A DNA stretch of 32,000 nt from Xanthomonas campestris pv. campestris str. ATCC 33913 (GTDB taxonomy: Bacteria; Pseudomonadota; Gammaproteobacteria; Xanthomonadales; Xanthomonadaceae): contig NC_003902.1 of the NCBI RefSeq assembly GCF_000007145.1, positions 4,526,497 through 4,558,496 of the forward strand, given 5' to 3'. The first letter of the stretch is position 1, and every line of letters starts with the position of its first letter. The translations under genes and the position numbers were made by a program. The notes below the pieces were generated by a model. That model saw only the letters and a list, made by a program, of their open reading frames with translations, made no database searches and was not told where the DNA came from. This document shows positions 16,304-24,980 of this stretch, piece after piece.

Positions 16304-17881
16304 ATGAAACTGTCCTGCCGACGCCCGCGCCCGCTGTCGATCGCACTGCTGGCGGTACTGGCAACCCTGACCGCCTGCGACAAGCCCACGCCGTCGGCGC
16401 ACGCGCAGGCCAGTCCCACCGCCGCGCCCGCAGCGCACGCCGGCATTGCCTGGCGCGAAGGCGGGCTCGAAGCGGCGTTTGCCGAAGCCAGGGACAGCGG
16501 CAAGCCGATCCTGCTGTACTGGGGCGCGGCATGGTGCGCGCCGTGCAACCGCCTGAAGGCCACCTTGTTCCAGGATCCGGCGTTCATCGCGCAGACGCGG
16601 CACTTCGTGGCAGTGCATCTGGATGGCGATGCGGAAGGCACGCTGGACTGGGGTGAACGCTTCGGCATCAAGGGCTACCCGACCATCATCGTGCTGCGTT
16701 CGGACCGCAGCGAAGTCACCCGCCTGGCTGGCAACAGCGACACCGCGCGCCTGGCCGATGTCCTGCGGGTGGTCGCCACCAGTACCACCACCGTCAAACA
16801 ACTGCTGGACAAGGCGCAGCATGCCCCGCAGGAACTGAGTGCGGACGACTGGGCCGTCCTCGGCAACTATGGCTGGGGCATGGACGACAGTCTGGTCAAG
16901 TCCGGCGAGCTGCCTGCCCTGTTGGCACGCTTGTCCGAAAGAGCGCCGCAACCGAGCTTGCGGCGCCGTTTTGCGCTGGCGGCGATCGTCGCACCGGAGG
17001 ACCCGCCCACTCCCAGTCCTGCCAATCGCGCCGTGCTGGAAGCGATTCTGGCCGATCCGGCCGAAGTGCGAGCCAATCTGAGCACGCTGAATTACGTGCC
17101 CGCATGGCTGGTCAAGGCGGGCAGCACCGATGCCGGCCAACGTGCCAGCTTGTCGGCCAAGCTGGATCAAGCATTGGACGCGGTCTATGCAGATCCCGGC
17201 GTGCCGATCAACGACCGGCTGGAAACCGCCTTTGCGAAAATCGAGCTCGCGCGCCTCGCCCAGGGACAGCCGACCGAGACCGCGCCGAAGGAACCGCAAC
17301 CACCGCTACCGGCGGCGGTCGTGGAGACGGTGCATCAGCGTGTGCAGACGATAGTGGCTGCAGCCAGGACCGCCGAGGAGCATCAATCCATCACCGACAG
17401 CGCAGCCGCGTTGCTGAGCGAGGTGGGCGACAGCAGCGGCGCCGAGCAATTGCTGCTGGCCGAAGTCGGACGCAGCAAGACCCCGTATTACTACATGCCA
17501 CGCCTCTCCCAGCTCGCCGAAGAACGCGGCGATCGCAAGACCGCGTTGTCCTGGCTCAAGAAGAACTACACCACTGCCAGCAGCCCCGTCGCGCGCGCGC
17601 AGTCGGGCGCGCGGTATGCAGATGGGCTGATCCGGCTCAGCCCCGAGGACAGTGCCGCCATCGAAGCGGTAGCCACCCAGGCGATCGGCGCGCTGGCAGC
17701 ACAATCGGATGCCGACCGCCAGCGCAGCCGTAAGCGCTTTGCCCGGCTTGGGAGCGCGCTGAAGACCTGGAGCAAGCAGCATCAGCAGGAAGGCACTGCA
17801 GTGCTGGCGCGATTGCGGCAGAAAATGCAGGCCAGCTGCGGCGGCAAGAACACCAGCGAGTGCACCAGCTGGCTGAGTTGA
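16304..17881 (+). CDS. Thioredoxin-domain lipoprotein with a large uncharacterised C-terminal domain
   Basis: Lipobox LATLTAC. Thioredoxin-fold region with WCAPC (..ILLYWGAAWCAPCNRL..GYPT..). The remaining 380 or so residues are helical-looking and I cannot assign them to a family. Confidence 0.8.
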   Translation: MKLSCRRPRPLSIALLAVLATLTACDKPTPSAHAQASPTAAPAAHAGIAWREGGLEAAFAEARDSGKPILLYWGAAWCAPCNRLKATLFQDPAFIAQTRHFVAVHLDGDAEGTLDWGERFGIKGYPTIIVLRSDRSEVTRLAGNSDTARLADVLRVVATSTTTVKQLLDKAQHAPQELSADDWAVLGNYGWGMDDSLVKSGELPALLARLSERAPQPSLRRRFALAAIVAPEDPPTPSPANRAVLEAILADPAEVRANLSTLNYVPAWLVKAGSTDAGQRASLSAKLDQALDAVYADPGVPINDRLETAFAKIELARLAQGQPTETAPKEPQPPLPAAVVETVHQRVQTIVAAARTAEEHQSITDSAAALLSEVGDSSGAEQLLLAEVGRSKTPYYYMPRLSQLAEERGDRKTALSWLKKNYTTASSPVARAQSGARYADGLIRLSPEDSAAIEAVATQAIGALAAQSDADRQRSRKRFARLGSALKTWSKQHQQEGTAVLARLRQKMQASCGGKNTSECTSWLS

Positions 17882-17900
17882 GCCGTCGCAACGGTCGCGG

Positions 17901-18800
17901 CTAGCGCACCCACGGCAGCAGCAGATGATCCACCATCAAGAACGCGAACAACGCCATCAGATAGACCACGGAGTAGCCGAACATCTTCATCGAAAACAGT
18001 TCGTCCGGCGGGTCGAGCATGCGCCACGCGTACCAGAGAAACACCGCGTTGAGCACCACCGCACCGCCGAGGTAGAACACCCCGCTCATGCCCACGGCCA
18101 CCGGCAGCAGCGTCACGATGGCCAGCAGCACGGTGTACACCAGGATCTGCTTGCGCGTATGCGGCACGCCATGGGTCACCGGCAACATCGGGATCGCCGC
18201 CTTGGCGTAATCGGCACGCCGAAAGATGGCCAGGGCCCAGAAATGCGGCGGGGTCCAGATGAAGATGATCAACACCAGCAGCGAGGCATTGATCCAGTCG
18301 GCGCTGGTGGGCAAACCGGTCACTGCCGCCCAGCCCAGCATCGGCGGCGTGGCACCGGCCAGCCCACCGATCACGATGTTCTGCGAGGTCGCGCGCTTGA
18401 GATACACGGTGTAGATCACCGCATAGCCGATCAGCGAGGCAAAGGTGAGCACGGCGGTGATGACGTTCACCCAGACCACCAGGATGGTCATCGAGATCAC
18501 GATCAACACGCTGGCGAAGGCCAGCACCTGCGCGGGCCGTACCTTGCCCACCACCAACGGGCGCCAGGAGGTGCGGGCCATCTGCGCGTCGATCTTGGCG
18601 TCGAGTAACTGATTGATGGCCGCCGCCGCCGATGCCGCCAGCCAGATACCCAAAAAGCCGAGCGCGCCGGTGCGTACCTGTAGCCAGGTCGGCATGCCGG
18701 GAATGGCCAGGAACATGCCGACCAGCGCGGTGAACACGATCAGTGCCACCACCTTCGGCTTGGTCAGGTCCCAATAGTCGCGTGCGCTGACAGCCATCAT
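17901..18800 (-). CDS. ctaB: Protoheme IX farnesyltransferase (heme O synthase)
   Basis: [29 protein letters not shown]... belongs to the UbiA-family CyoE/CtaB group. The start ATG at 18800 overlaps the ctaA TGA (TGATG). ATG 18797 is equally possible. Confidence 0.9.
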
Positions 18801-19963
18801 CACTCCGGCGCGCGCAGCCGCGCCAACAGCGAGACCAGCACGAACAGCAACGCGACCGCGCCACCGTTGTGCAGCACCGACACTTCCAGCGGCAGCGCCA
18901 GCTTCACGTTGAGCATGCCCAGCGTCACCTGCACCACCACCAGCAACGCCAGCGCGCCGGCCCACACACGCATGCCGGGCGAACGCGACAGACGCCATGC
19001 CAGCCACCACAGATACAGCGCGGTGGCGATCGCCCACAAGCGGTGTGCCATCTGGATGGCGATGCGCGCCGCGCCGTCCAGCACGCCGCCCTCGTAGTCC
19101 ACGCCGATCCCGCGCCAGAGCGTGAAGCCTGCGCGGAAGTCATGCGGTGGCCACCACTGGCTCACGCACTTGGGAAAATTGTCGGCAGACCAGCTGCCAC
19201 CGCCACACGCCAGCGCCGCGTAGTTGGCACTGACCCAGCCGCCGAGCGCGATCTGCAGGCCCAGCACCGCCACGCCCAGACGCAGCAGCCATTTCAGGCG
19301 CGAAGCGTCGGCCAGCGTGATCGGTAGATGTGTCGCGCGCCAGGCCATCCACACCAGCAGCGAGAACATCAGCATGCCGCCGAGCAGATGCCCCATCACC
19401 ACGATGGGTTTGAGCAGCAAGGTCACCGTCCACATGCCCAGCAGCGCCTGGAAGATCACCACCGCCAGCGTCAGCACGGCAGCGCGGGCCAGATCGATAT
19501 TGCTCCAGCGCAGCGCCGCCAGCAGCAGGATGGCTTCGCCAGCGGCCGCCACGCCCATCGCCAGCCCGTGCCAGCCGGACATGTACAGCGGGATCGACAG
19601 CGCGACCAGCGCCGCGGCGGACACCACCTGCGCAATGCCGGCACGCCGGCGACGCGCCGCCAGTAGCGTCAGCACCAGCACTTCAACGCCCAGCGCGCCA
19701 GCCAGGAAGCGGTGCACCTGCTCACGCCAGGCCTTGTTCGACTCGAGCGGGCGGATCTTGCTGGCTACGTGCGTATTGGCTTCGTCGCTGGTCTGCGGCC
19801 AGGTGACGCGGCCATAACAGGTGGGCCAGTCCGGGCAGCTCATGCCGGCATCGGACAGCCGCACGAACGACCCGAACAGGATCGTGCTGGCCGTGAACAG
19901 GGCAGCCAGCCAGGCCATGCGGTGGAAGTGCCGGAACAACGCCGGTGGCGCAAACAGATTCAT
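18800..19963 (-). CDS. ctaA: Heme A synthase (COX15/CtaA)
   Basis: [19 protein letters not shown] motif, eight hydrophobic helices and conserved His residues. Confidence 0.9.
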
Positions 19964-19973
19964 CGAAACGGGC

Positions 19974-20549
19974 TCACATCAGTTTCAGCAGCTTGACCAG
20001 ATCCGCACGCAGACCGGCCGGGTCGAAACCCGGGGCGTAGCGCAGGATCACGAAGCCGTTGGGGTCGATCACATACACCGGCACGCCGGCGGCATCGTTG
20101 GCACGGGGCAACGCCTGGCGCAGGCGCGCATCGTCGCGCAGCACGCGTAACGCCGGCATCGCCGGTAGCCCGACCGGTGGCGTGCCGATCCACAGCACTT
20201 CCACCTTGTCCGCGCGGTGCCCGAGCAATTGCCACACCTTGTCCAGTTCGGCCGCCAGCGCCACGCACGGCTGCGTGCAGCCGGCAGGCGGCGCCAGGGC
20301 GATCCGCCACATGCGCTCGCCCGGTGCCCATGCGTACGCGCTGCCGTCCGCGCGCAGCGGCGTCAACGCGCGCAGGTCCGCGGGCGGAGCAAGCAGTTCG
20401 CCATGGTTACGCATCGCCGCCGGTTGCCAGCCAGAGAAGCGCAGCACGCCGGCCAGCAACATCGAGCCGAAGAACAGCACCGCCAGGGCGATCAGCATCC
20501 TGCGGCCGCGATTGACCGACTGCGGCGTGGCCGATGTGGATGGGGTCAT
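19974..20549 (-). CDS. Membrane-anchored SCO1/SenC-like thioredoxin-fold protein
   Basis: N-terminal transmembrane anchor, a CxxxC motif (GCTQPC) followed by ..LAAELDKV.., and a C-terminal ..VYVIDPNGFVILRY.. These resemble SCO1 but are divergent. It sits inside the cox biogenesis cluster. Confidence 0.6.
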   Translation of the reverse strand: MTPSTSATPQSVNRGRRMLIALAVLFFGSMLLAGVLRFSGWQPAAMRNHGELLAPPADLRALTPLRADGSAYAWAPGERMWRIALAPPAGCTQPCVALAAELDKVWQLLGHRADKVEVLWIGTPPVGLPAMPALRVLRDDARLRQALPRANDAAGVPVYVIDPNGFVILRYAPGFDPAGLRADLVKLLKLM

Positions 20550-20576
20550 GCCCGCGATTTTCTCATGCCGGGGGCG

Positions 20577-21302
20577 TCAGTGCCCGCGTCGATGACGGCG
20601 ACGCGCACGCCACGACAACAGCGCCGCGGTGATCAGCACGGCCAGCGCCAGGCCGAACCATTGCACCGCGTAACCCAAGTGCCGCGCGGGTGGAAGCGTG
20701 TTGACCAGTAACTGCAGATCGCGCACATAACCAACCGGAACGGCAGGATCCAGGCGCAATACCTGCGACGAAATGTCGCGCCTGTGCAAGGCCTGCTGCA
20801 ACGCCTGCGGCTCCAGGCGAACCGCCAGCCAGGTCTGTGGCTGGGCAGTGCTGGCCAGTGCCGCGCCAACCGCAAGCCCGGCCGACGGTGGCGCAGTCAA
20901 CAACCCCTGCACTGCCTGGCTGCCGTGCAAGGCGGTCACGGTCGGCAATTGCCGCGTGGCAGGCACGGGTAACCAGCCCAGATCCACCAGCACCGTTGCA
21001 GCGCTGCCTTCCGGCGCGGCCAGCTGGTAGACGCGCACACCGGCGCGCCCTTCCTGCAACTGGTTGTCCAACAACACCTGCTGCGGTAGAAAGCGCACGC
21101 GCCCGCTGACCCATGCCAGCTCCCGCGGCGCAGCCAGCGCCTGTGCCAGGGTTGTTGGCGTCTGCCGCACATGGGCGGCACGCTCCAGCAGCTGCTCCTT
21201 GGCATGCATGCGCTGCAGCTGCCACTGCCCCAATGCGGCAAATCCGGCACTCACCGCCAATGCCAGACACCAGCCGAGCACGCCCGTGTGCTTGCGCATC
21301 AT
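20577..21302 (-). CDS. SURF1-family cytochrome oxidase assembly protein
   Basis: N-terminal TM region followed by LGQWQLQRMHAKE, and a C-terminal TM region with HLGYAVQWFGLA. Both are SURF1 signatures. Confidence 0.85.
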   Translation of the reverse strand: MMRKHTGVLGWCLALAVSAGFAALGQWQLQRMHAKEQLLERAAHVRQTPTTLAQALAAPRELAWVSGRVRFLPQQVLLDNQLQEGRAGVRVYQLAAPEGSAATVLVDLGWLPVPATRQLPTVTALHGSQAVQGLLTAPPSAGLAVGAALASTAQPQTWLAVRLEPQALQQALHRRDISSQVLRLDPAVPVGYVRDLQLLVNTLPPARHLGYAVQWFGLALAVLITAALLSWRARRRHRRGH

Positions 21303-21362
21303 GACAATCGGCGCAAAAAGGCGTGCAATGCCGGCACCACGTCGACGACCACCGGGGCTGTT

Positions 21363-21581
21363 GTGAACGATTCGCTCAAGACGCTGCTGATTGTCGCCTT
21401 CCTGATCGTCATCCTATGGAACCTGGGCGCCGGGCTCTACTACCTGCTCACCGACCGCGGCCAGACCAAGCGCACGGTCAACGCATTGACCTGGCGCATC
21501 GGCTTGTCGGTGGCATTGATCGCGCTGGTGATCCTGGGCATTTACACCGGCTGGATCAAACCGCATGGCGTGGGGCGCTGA
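21363..21581 (+). CDS. Twin transmembrane helix small protein (DUF2909)
   Basis: ..LLIVAFLIVILWNLGAGLYYLLTDRGQTKRTVNALTWRIGLSVALIALVILGIY.. is the typical two-helix pattern. The only plausible start is GTG 21363. It lies on the strand opposite the cox genes. Confidence 0.7.
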   Translation: MNDSLKTLLIVAFLIVILWNLGAGLYYLLTDRGQTKRTVNALTWRIGLSVALIALVILGIYTGWIKPHGVGR

Positions 21582-21587
21582 AGAGCC

Positions 21588-21672
21588 GGGAATCGAGAAT
21601 CGGGAGTTGGGAATCGTGCAAAGCAAGTGCGCGACCGCTCGTGCGATTCCCCATTCCCCACTCTCTATTCCC
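21588..21672. repeat. Palindromic heptamer-repeat intergenic element, copy B
   Basis: Left arm GGGAATC GAGAATC GGGAGTT GGGAATC (21588-21615). The spacer begins GTGCAAAGCAAG. Right arm GATTCCC CATTCCC CACTCTC TATTCCC (21645-21672). It fills the gap between convergent stop codons at 21581 and 21678. Confidence 0.85.
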
Positions 21673-21677
21673 CGCCC

Positions 21678-22553
21678 TCAAAGCACATACACAAACAGGA
21701 ACAGCGCCAGCCACACCACGTCGACGAAGTGCCAGTACCAGGCGGCGGCTTCGAAGGCGAAATGATTGTCGCGGCTGAAGTGGCCCTTTGCGGCGCGCAG
21801 CCACATCACCGCCAGCATGATCGTGCCCAGCAGCACATGCATGCCGTGGAAGCCGGTGAGCATGAAGAAGGTCGAGCCGTAGATGCCCGAGCCCAATGTG
21901 AGATTGAGTTCTGTGTAGGCGTGGATGTATTCCTCCGCCTGCAGGAACAGGAACACGCAGCCCAACAGCACGGTCAGCCCCAACCACAGCAACAGCGCGC
22001 GGCGTCGGCCGCCTTTCAATGCGTGATGGGCAATGGTCAAGGTCACGCCGGAGCTGAGCAGGATCAGCGTGTTGATCAGCGGCAAGCCCCAGGCCGGAAT
22101 GGTCTGGAACTGCCCGCCGATGGTGCCCGGGCCATTGGTCGGCCAGGCTGCGGAATACCCATTCCACAGCAGTTCGTTGGTCATCACGCCATCGCCCTCG
22201 CCGCCCAGCCAGGGCAGTGTCAGCACGCGCGTGTAGAACAGCGCACCGAAGAAGGCGCCGAAGAACATCACCTCGGAAAAAATAAACCACACCATGCCCA
22301 TGCGGAACGAGCCGTCCACCTGGCGGTTGTAGTGGCCGGCGTTCGACTCGCGAATCACGTCGCCAAACCACATGAACAACGTCGCCAGCAACATGGCCAC
22401 ACCGGCGAAGAACGTCCAGCGCCCCCATCCGGCGTCGTTGAGCCAGCTGGCCACGCCGATCATCATCACGAACATCGCAATGGAGCCGACAAAGGGCCAC
22501 TTGCTTTGGGTCGGGACGAAATACGCGTCGGCGTTGGGACTGTGGTCGGCCAT
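21678..22553 (-). CDS. coxC: Cytochrome c oxidase subunit III
   Basis: 291-aa, seven-helix protein with CoxC motifs (..FFMLTGFHGMHV.., ..AAAWYWHFVDVVWL..). Confidence 0.93.
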   Translation of the reverse strand: MADHSPNADAYFVPTQSKWPFVGSIAMFVMMIGVASWLNDAGWGRWTFFAGVAMLLATLFMWFGDVIRESNAGHYNRQVDGSFRMGMVWFIFSEVMFFGAFFGALFYTRVLTLPWLGGEGDGVMTNELLWNGYSAAWPTNGPGTIGGQFQTIPAWGLPLINTLILLSSGVTLTIAHHALKGGRRRALLLWLGLTVLLGCVFLFLQAEEYIHAYTELNLTLGSGIYGSTFFMLTGFHGMHVLLGTIMLAVMWLRAAKGHFSRDNHFAFEAAAWYWHFVDVVWLALFLFVYVL

Positions 22554-22589
22554 GGCGTTGCTTCCGTGTCGGTATGAGTGGGCGATCGA

Positions 22590-23186
22590 TTACGGCGCTG
22601 CACGCGGGGCGCTGGCTGCGCCGCCGCTTTGCAGTTCCGAGGTCAGCGTGTCATTGCGATAGAACGTGTAGGACAAGGTAATGGTGGTCACTTCCGGCGG
22701 CAGCGCCGGGTCCACGATGAAGCGCAGCGGCATGTCGCGTGTTTCGCCGGCCTGCAGCGTCTGCGCGGTAAAACAAAAACATTCGGTCTTGTTGAAGTAG
22801 CCCGACGCCCGCGACGGTGCCACCGAAGGCACTGCACTGCCTACTACTGCCCGTGCGCTGTCATTGCGCGCGAAATACTGCGCTTCGTTGAGTTCACCGG
22901 GCACCACGTCCATGGTCATCTGCTCGGGATGGAAGGTCCACGGCAGTTTCGAATTGACGCCGGCATCGAACTCCACCCGCACCGTGCGCTTGCCGGCCGC
23001 CACCGCGCTGGACGCGCCTTCACGGGCACTACCCGGTGCACGCTCCATGCGGATGCCGAATACTTTTTCGCAGGCGATGCGATACAGCGGCACCAGCGAG
23101 AACGTCAGCACAAACACACCCAGCACCACGCCCAGCAACTTGAACAAGCCGGCAGTAGGCGTGTGCGTAGGCAGACGCGTACTCAC
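22590..23186 (-). CDS. ctaG: Cytochrome c oxidase assembly protein CtaG/Cox11
   Basis: ..[11 protein letters not shown].. and ..[13 protein letters not shown].. are Cox11 motifs. The GTG start overlaps the stop of the upstream small gene (GTGA). Confidence 0.9.
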   Translation of the reverse strand: MSTRLPTHTPTAGLFKLLGVVLGVFVLTFSLVPLYRIACEKVFGIRMERAPGSAREGASSAVAAGKRTVRVEFDAGVNSKLPWTFHPEQMTMDVVPGELNEAQYFARNDSARAVVGSAVPSVAPSRASGYFNKTECFCFTAQTLQAGETRDMPLRFIVDPALPPEVTTITLSYTFYRNDTLTSELQSGGAASAPRAAP

Positions 23187-23356
23187 CGGCCAATGACTCC
23201 CGAGGCGATGAAGCCGGCATAGATCAGCAGCGCAATGATGCCCACCGTGATGGCGGTACGGCGCACCGCGCGCCGCTGTTGCGCTTGCCGTTCGGCAGCG
23301 GAGAGCATGCGTGCCACCGCGGGTGCCGGCGTCGACTCAGTGACCGATGTCTTCAT
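23183..23356 (-). CDS. Cytochrome oxidase small assembly protein (single TM helix)
   Basis: ..[32 protein letters not shown] is a basic stretch followed by one TM helix. A GGAGA SD lies 8 nt upstream of the ATG at 23356. Alternative start: ATG 23308 (41 aa). Confidence 0.6.
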   Translation of the reverse strand: MKTSVTESTPAPAVARMLSAAERQAQQRRAVRRTAITVGIIALLIYAGFIASGVIGR

Positions 23357-24941
23357 GCGCAAGATCTCCAGGCTTGATGACAGGCGGCACGGTGAAGGTA
23401 TGCGCCGGAGCGGGCGACGGGACCGTCCACTCCAGTCCCTTGGCCCCTTCCCACGCACGCGCGTCAGCCTTGGCACCACTACGCAACGAGGCGAACAAGA
23501 TGCCGGCCATCAGGAACGGGGTGGCGAACATGCCGAATGCGCCAATCGAACTGATCAGATTCCAGTCCGCAAACACCACGTTGTAGTCAGGAATACGCCG
23601 CGGCATGCCGGCCAGGCCCAGGAAGTGCTGCGGGAAGAACAGCAGGTTGACGAAGATCATCGTCCACCAGAAATGGAACTTGGCCCAGGCCTCGTTGTAC
23701 ATGCGCCCGGTCCACTTGGGCCACCAGTAATACACCGCCGCAATCAGTGCGAACACCGCGCCAGTCACCAGCACGTAATGGAAATGCGCCACCACAAAGT
23801 AAGTGTCGTGGTACTGGAAGTCGGCCGGCACGATCGCCAGCATCAGGCCCGAGAAACCACCGATGCTGAAGAGGATCACGAACGCCACCGCCCACAGCAT
23901 CGGCGATTCGAAGGTGAGCGACCCCTTCCACATCGTGCTGACCCAATTGAACACCTTCACCCCGGTCGGAATGGAGATCAGCATCGTGGCGAACATGAAG
24001 TAGATTTCGCCACCGAGCGGCATGCCCACGGTGAACATGTGGTGCGCCCACACGATGAAACTCAGGAAGGCGATCGCCGCGATTGCGTAGACCATCGCCT
24101 GGTAACCGAACAACGGCTTGCGGCTGAAGGTGGGGATGATTTCGCTGACCACGCCGAACGCCGGCAGGATCATGATGTAGACCTCGGGATGCCCGAAGAA
24201 CCAGAAGATGTGCTGGTACATCACCGGGTCGCCGCCGCCGGCCGCATTGAAGAAACTGGTGCCGAAAAACTTGTCGGTGAGCAGCATGGTCACCGCACCG
24301 GCCAATACCGGCATCACCGCGATCAGCAAGAAGGCGGTGATCAGCCAGGCCCAGCAGAAGATCGGCATCTTCAGCAGATCGATGCCGGGTGCGCGCATAT
24401 TGAGCACGGTAGCGATGATGTTGATTGCGCCCATGATCGAACTGACCCCGGCCACGTGGATCGCAAACACGCTGAAAGCCACGTTGTAACCACCTTGCAG
24501 CGAAAGCGGCGGATACAGCGTCCAACCAGCGGCCGGCGCGCCGCCGGGCAGGAACAGCGTCAGCAGCAGCAAAGTGAACGCCGCCGGCAGCAACCAGAAC
24601 GACCAGTTATTCATGCGCGGCAGCGCCATGTCCGGCGCGCCGATCTGCAGCGGAATCATCCAGTTGGCCAGACCGACGAACGCCGGCATCACCCCGCCGA
24701 AGATCATCACCAGCGCGTGCACGGTGGTCATTTGGTTAAAAAATTCGGGTTTGACGAACTGCAACCCGGGCTGCATCAATTCAGCGCGAATCACCACGCT
24801 CATCGCCGCACCGATGATGAACATGACGAAGGAAAACAGCAGATACAGCGTGCCGATATCCTTGTGATTGGTCGAGAAGAACCAGCGCTCGACGAAACCG
24901 GGCTGGTGGTGTCCGTGGTGATCGACTGCGGTGTGCGCCAT
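23337..24941 (-). CDS. coxA: Cytochrome c oxidase subunit I (aa3-type)
   Basis: 534 aa with canonical heme-copper oxidase subunit I sequence (WFFGHPEVYI, HHMFTVG, VAHFHYV). Confidence 0.97.
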   Translation of the reverse strand: MAHTAVDHHGHHQPGFVERWFFSTNHKDIGTLYLLFSFVMFIIGAAMSVVIRAELMQPGLQFVKPEFFNQMTTVHALVMIFGGVMPAFVGLANWMIPLQIGAPDMALPRMNNWSFWLLPAAFTLLLLTLFLPGGAPAAGWTLYPPLSLQGGYNVAFSVFAIHVAGVSSIMGAINIIATVLNMRAPGIDLLKMPIFCWAWLITAFLLIAVMPVLAGAVTMLLTDKFFGTSFFNAAGGGDPVMYQHIFWFFGHPEVYIMILPAFGVVSEIIPTFSRKPLFGYQAMVYAIAAIAFLSFIVWAHHMFTVGMPLGGEIYFMFATMLISIPTGVKVFNWVSTMWKGSLTFESPMLWAVAFVILFSIGGFSGLMLAIVPADFQYHDTYFVVAHFHYVLVTGAVFALIAAVYYWWPKWTGRMYNEAWAKFHFWWTMIFVNLLFFPQHFLGLAGMPRRIPDYNVVFADWNLISSIGAFGMFATPFLMAGILFASLRSGAKADARAWEGAKGLEWTVPSPAPAHTFTVPPVIKPGDLAHEDIGH

Positions 24942-24980
24942 GACGGAACGACCTCTGCGAAGCGATGCGGTTGCGTGCGA

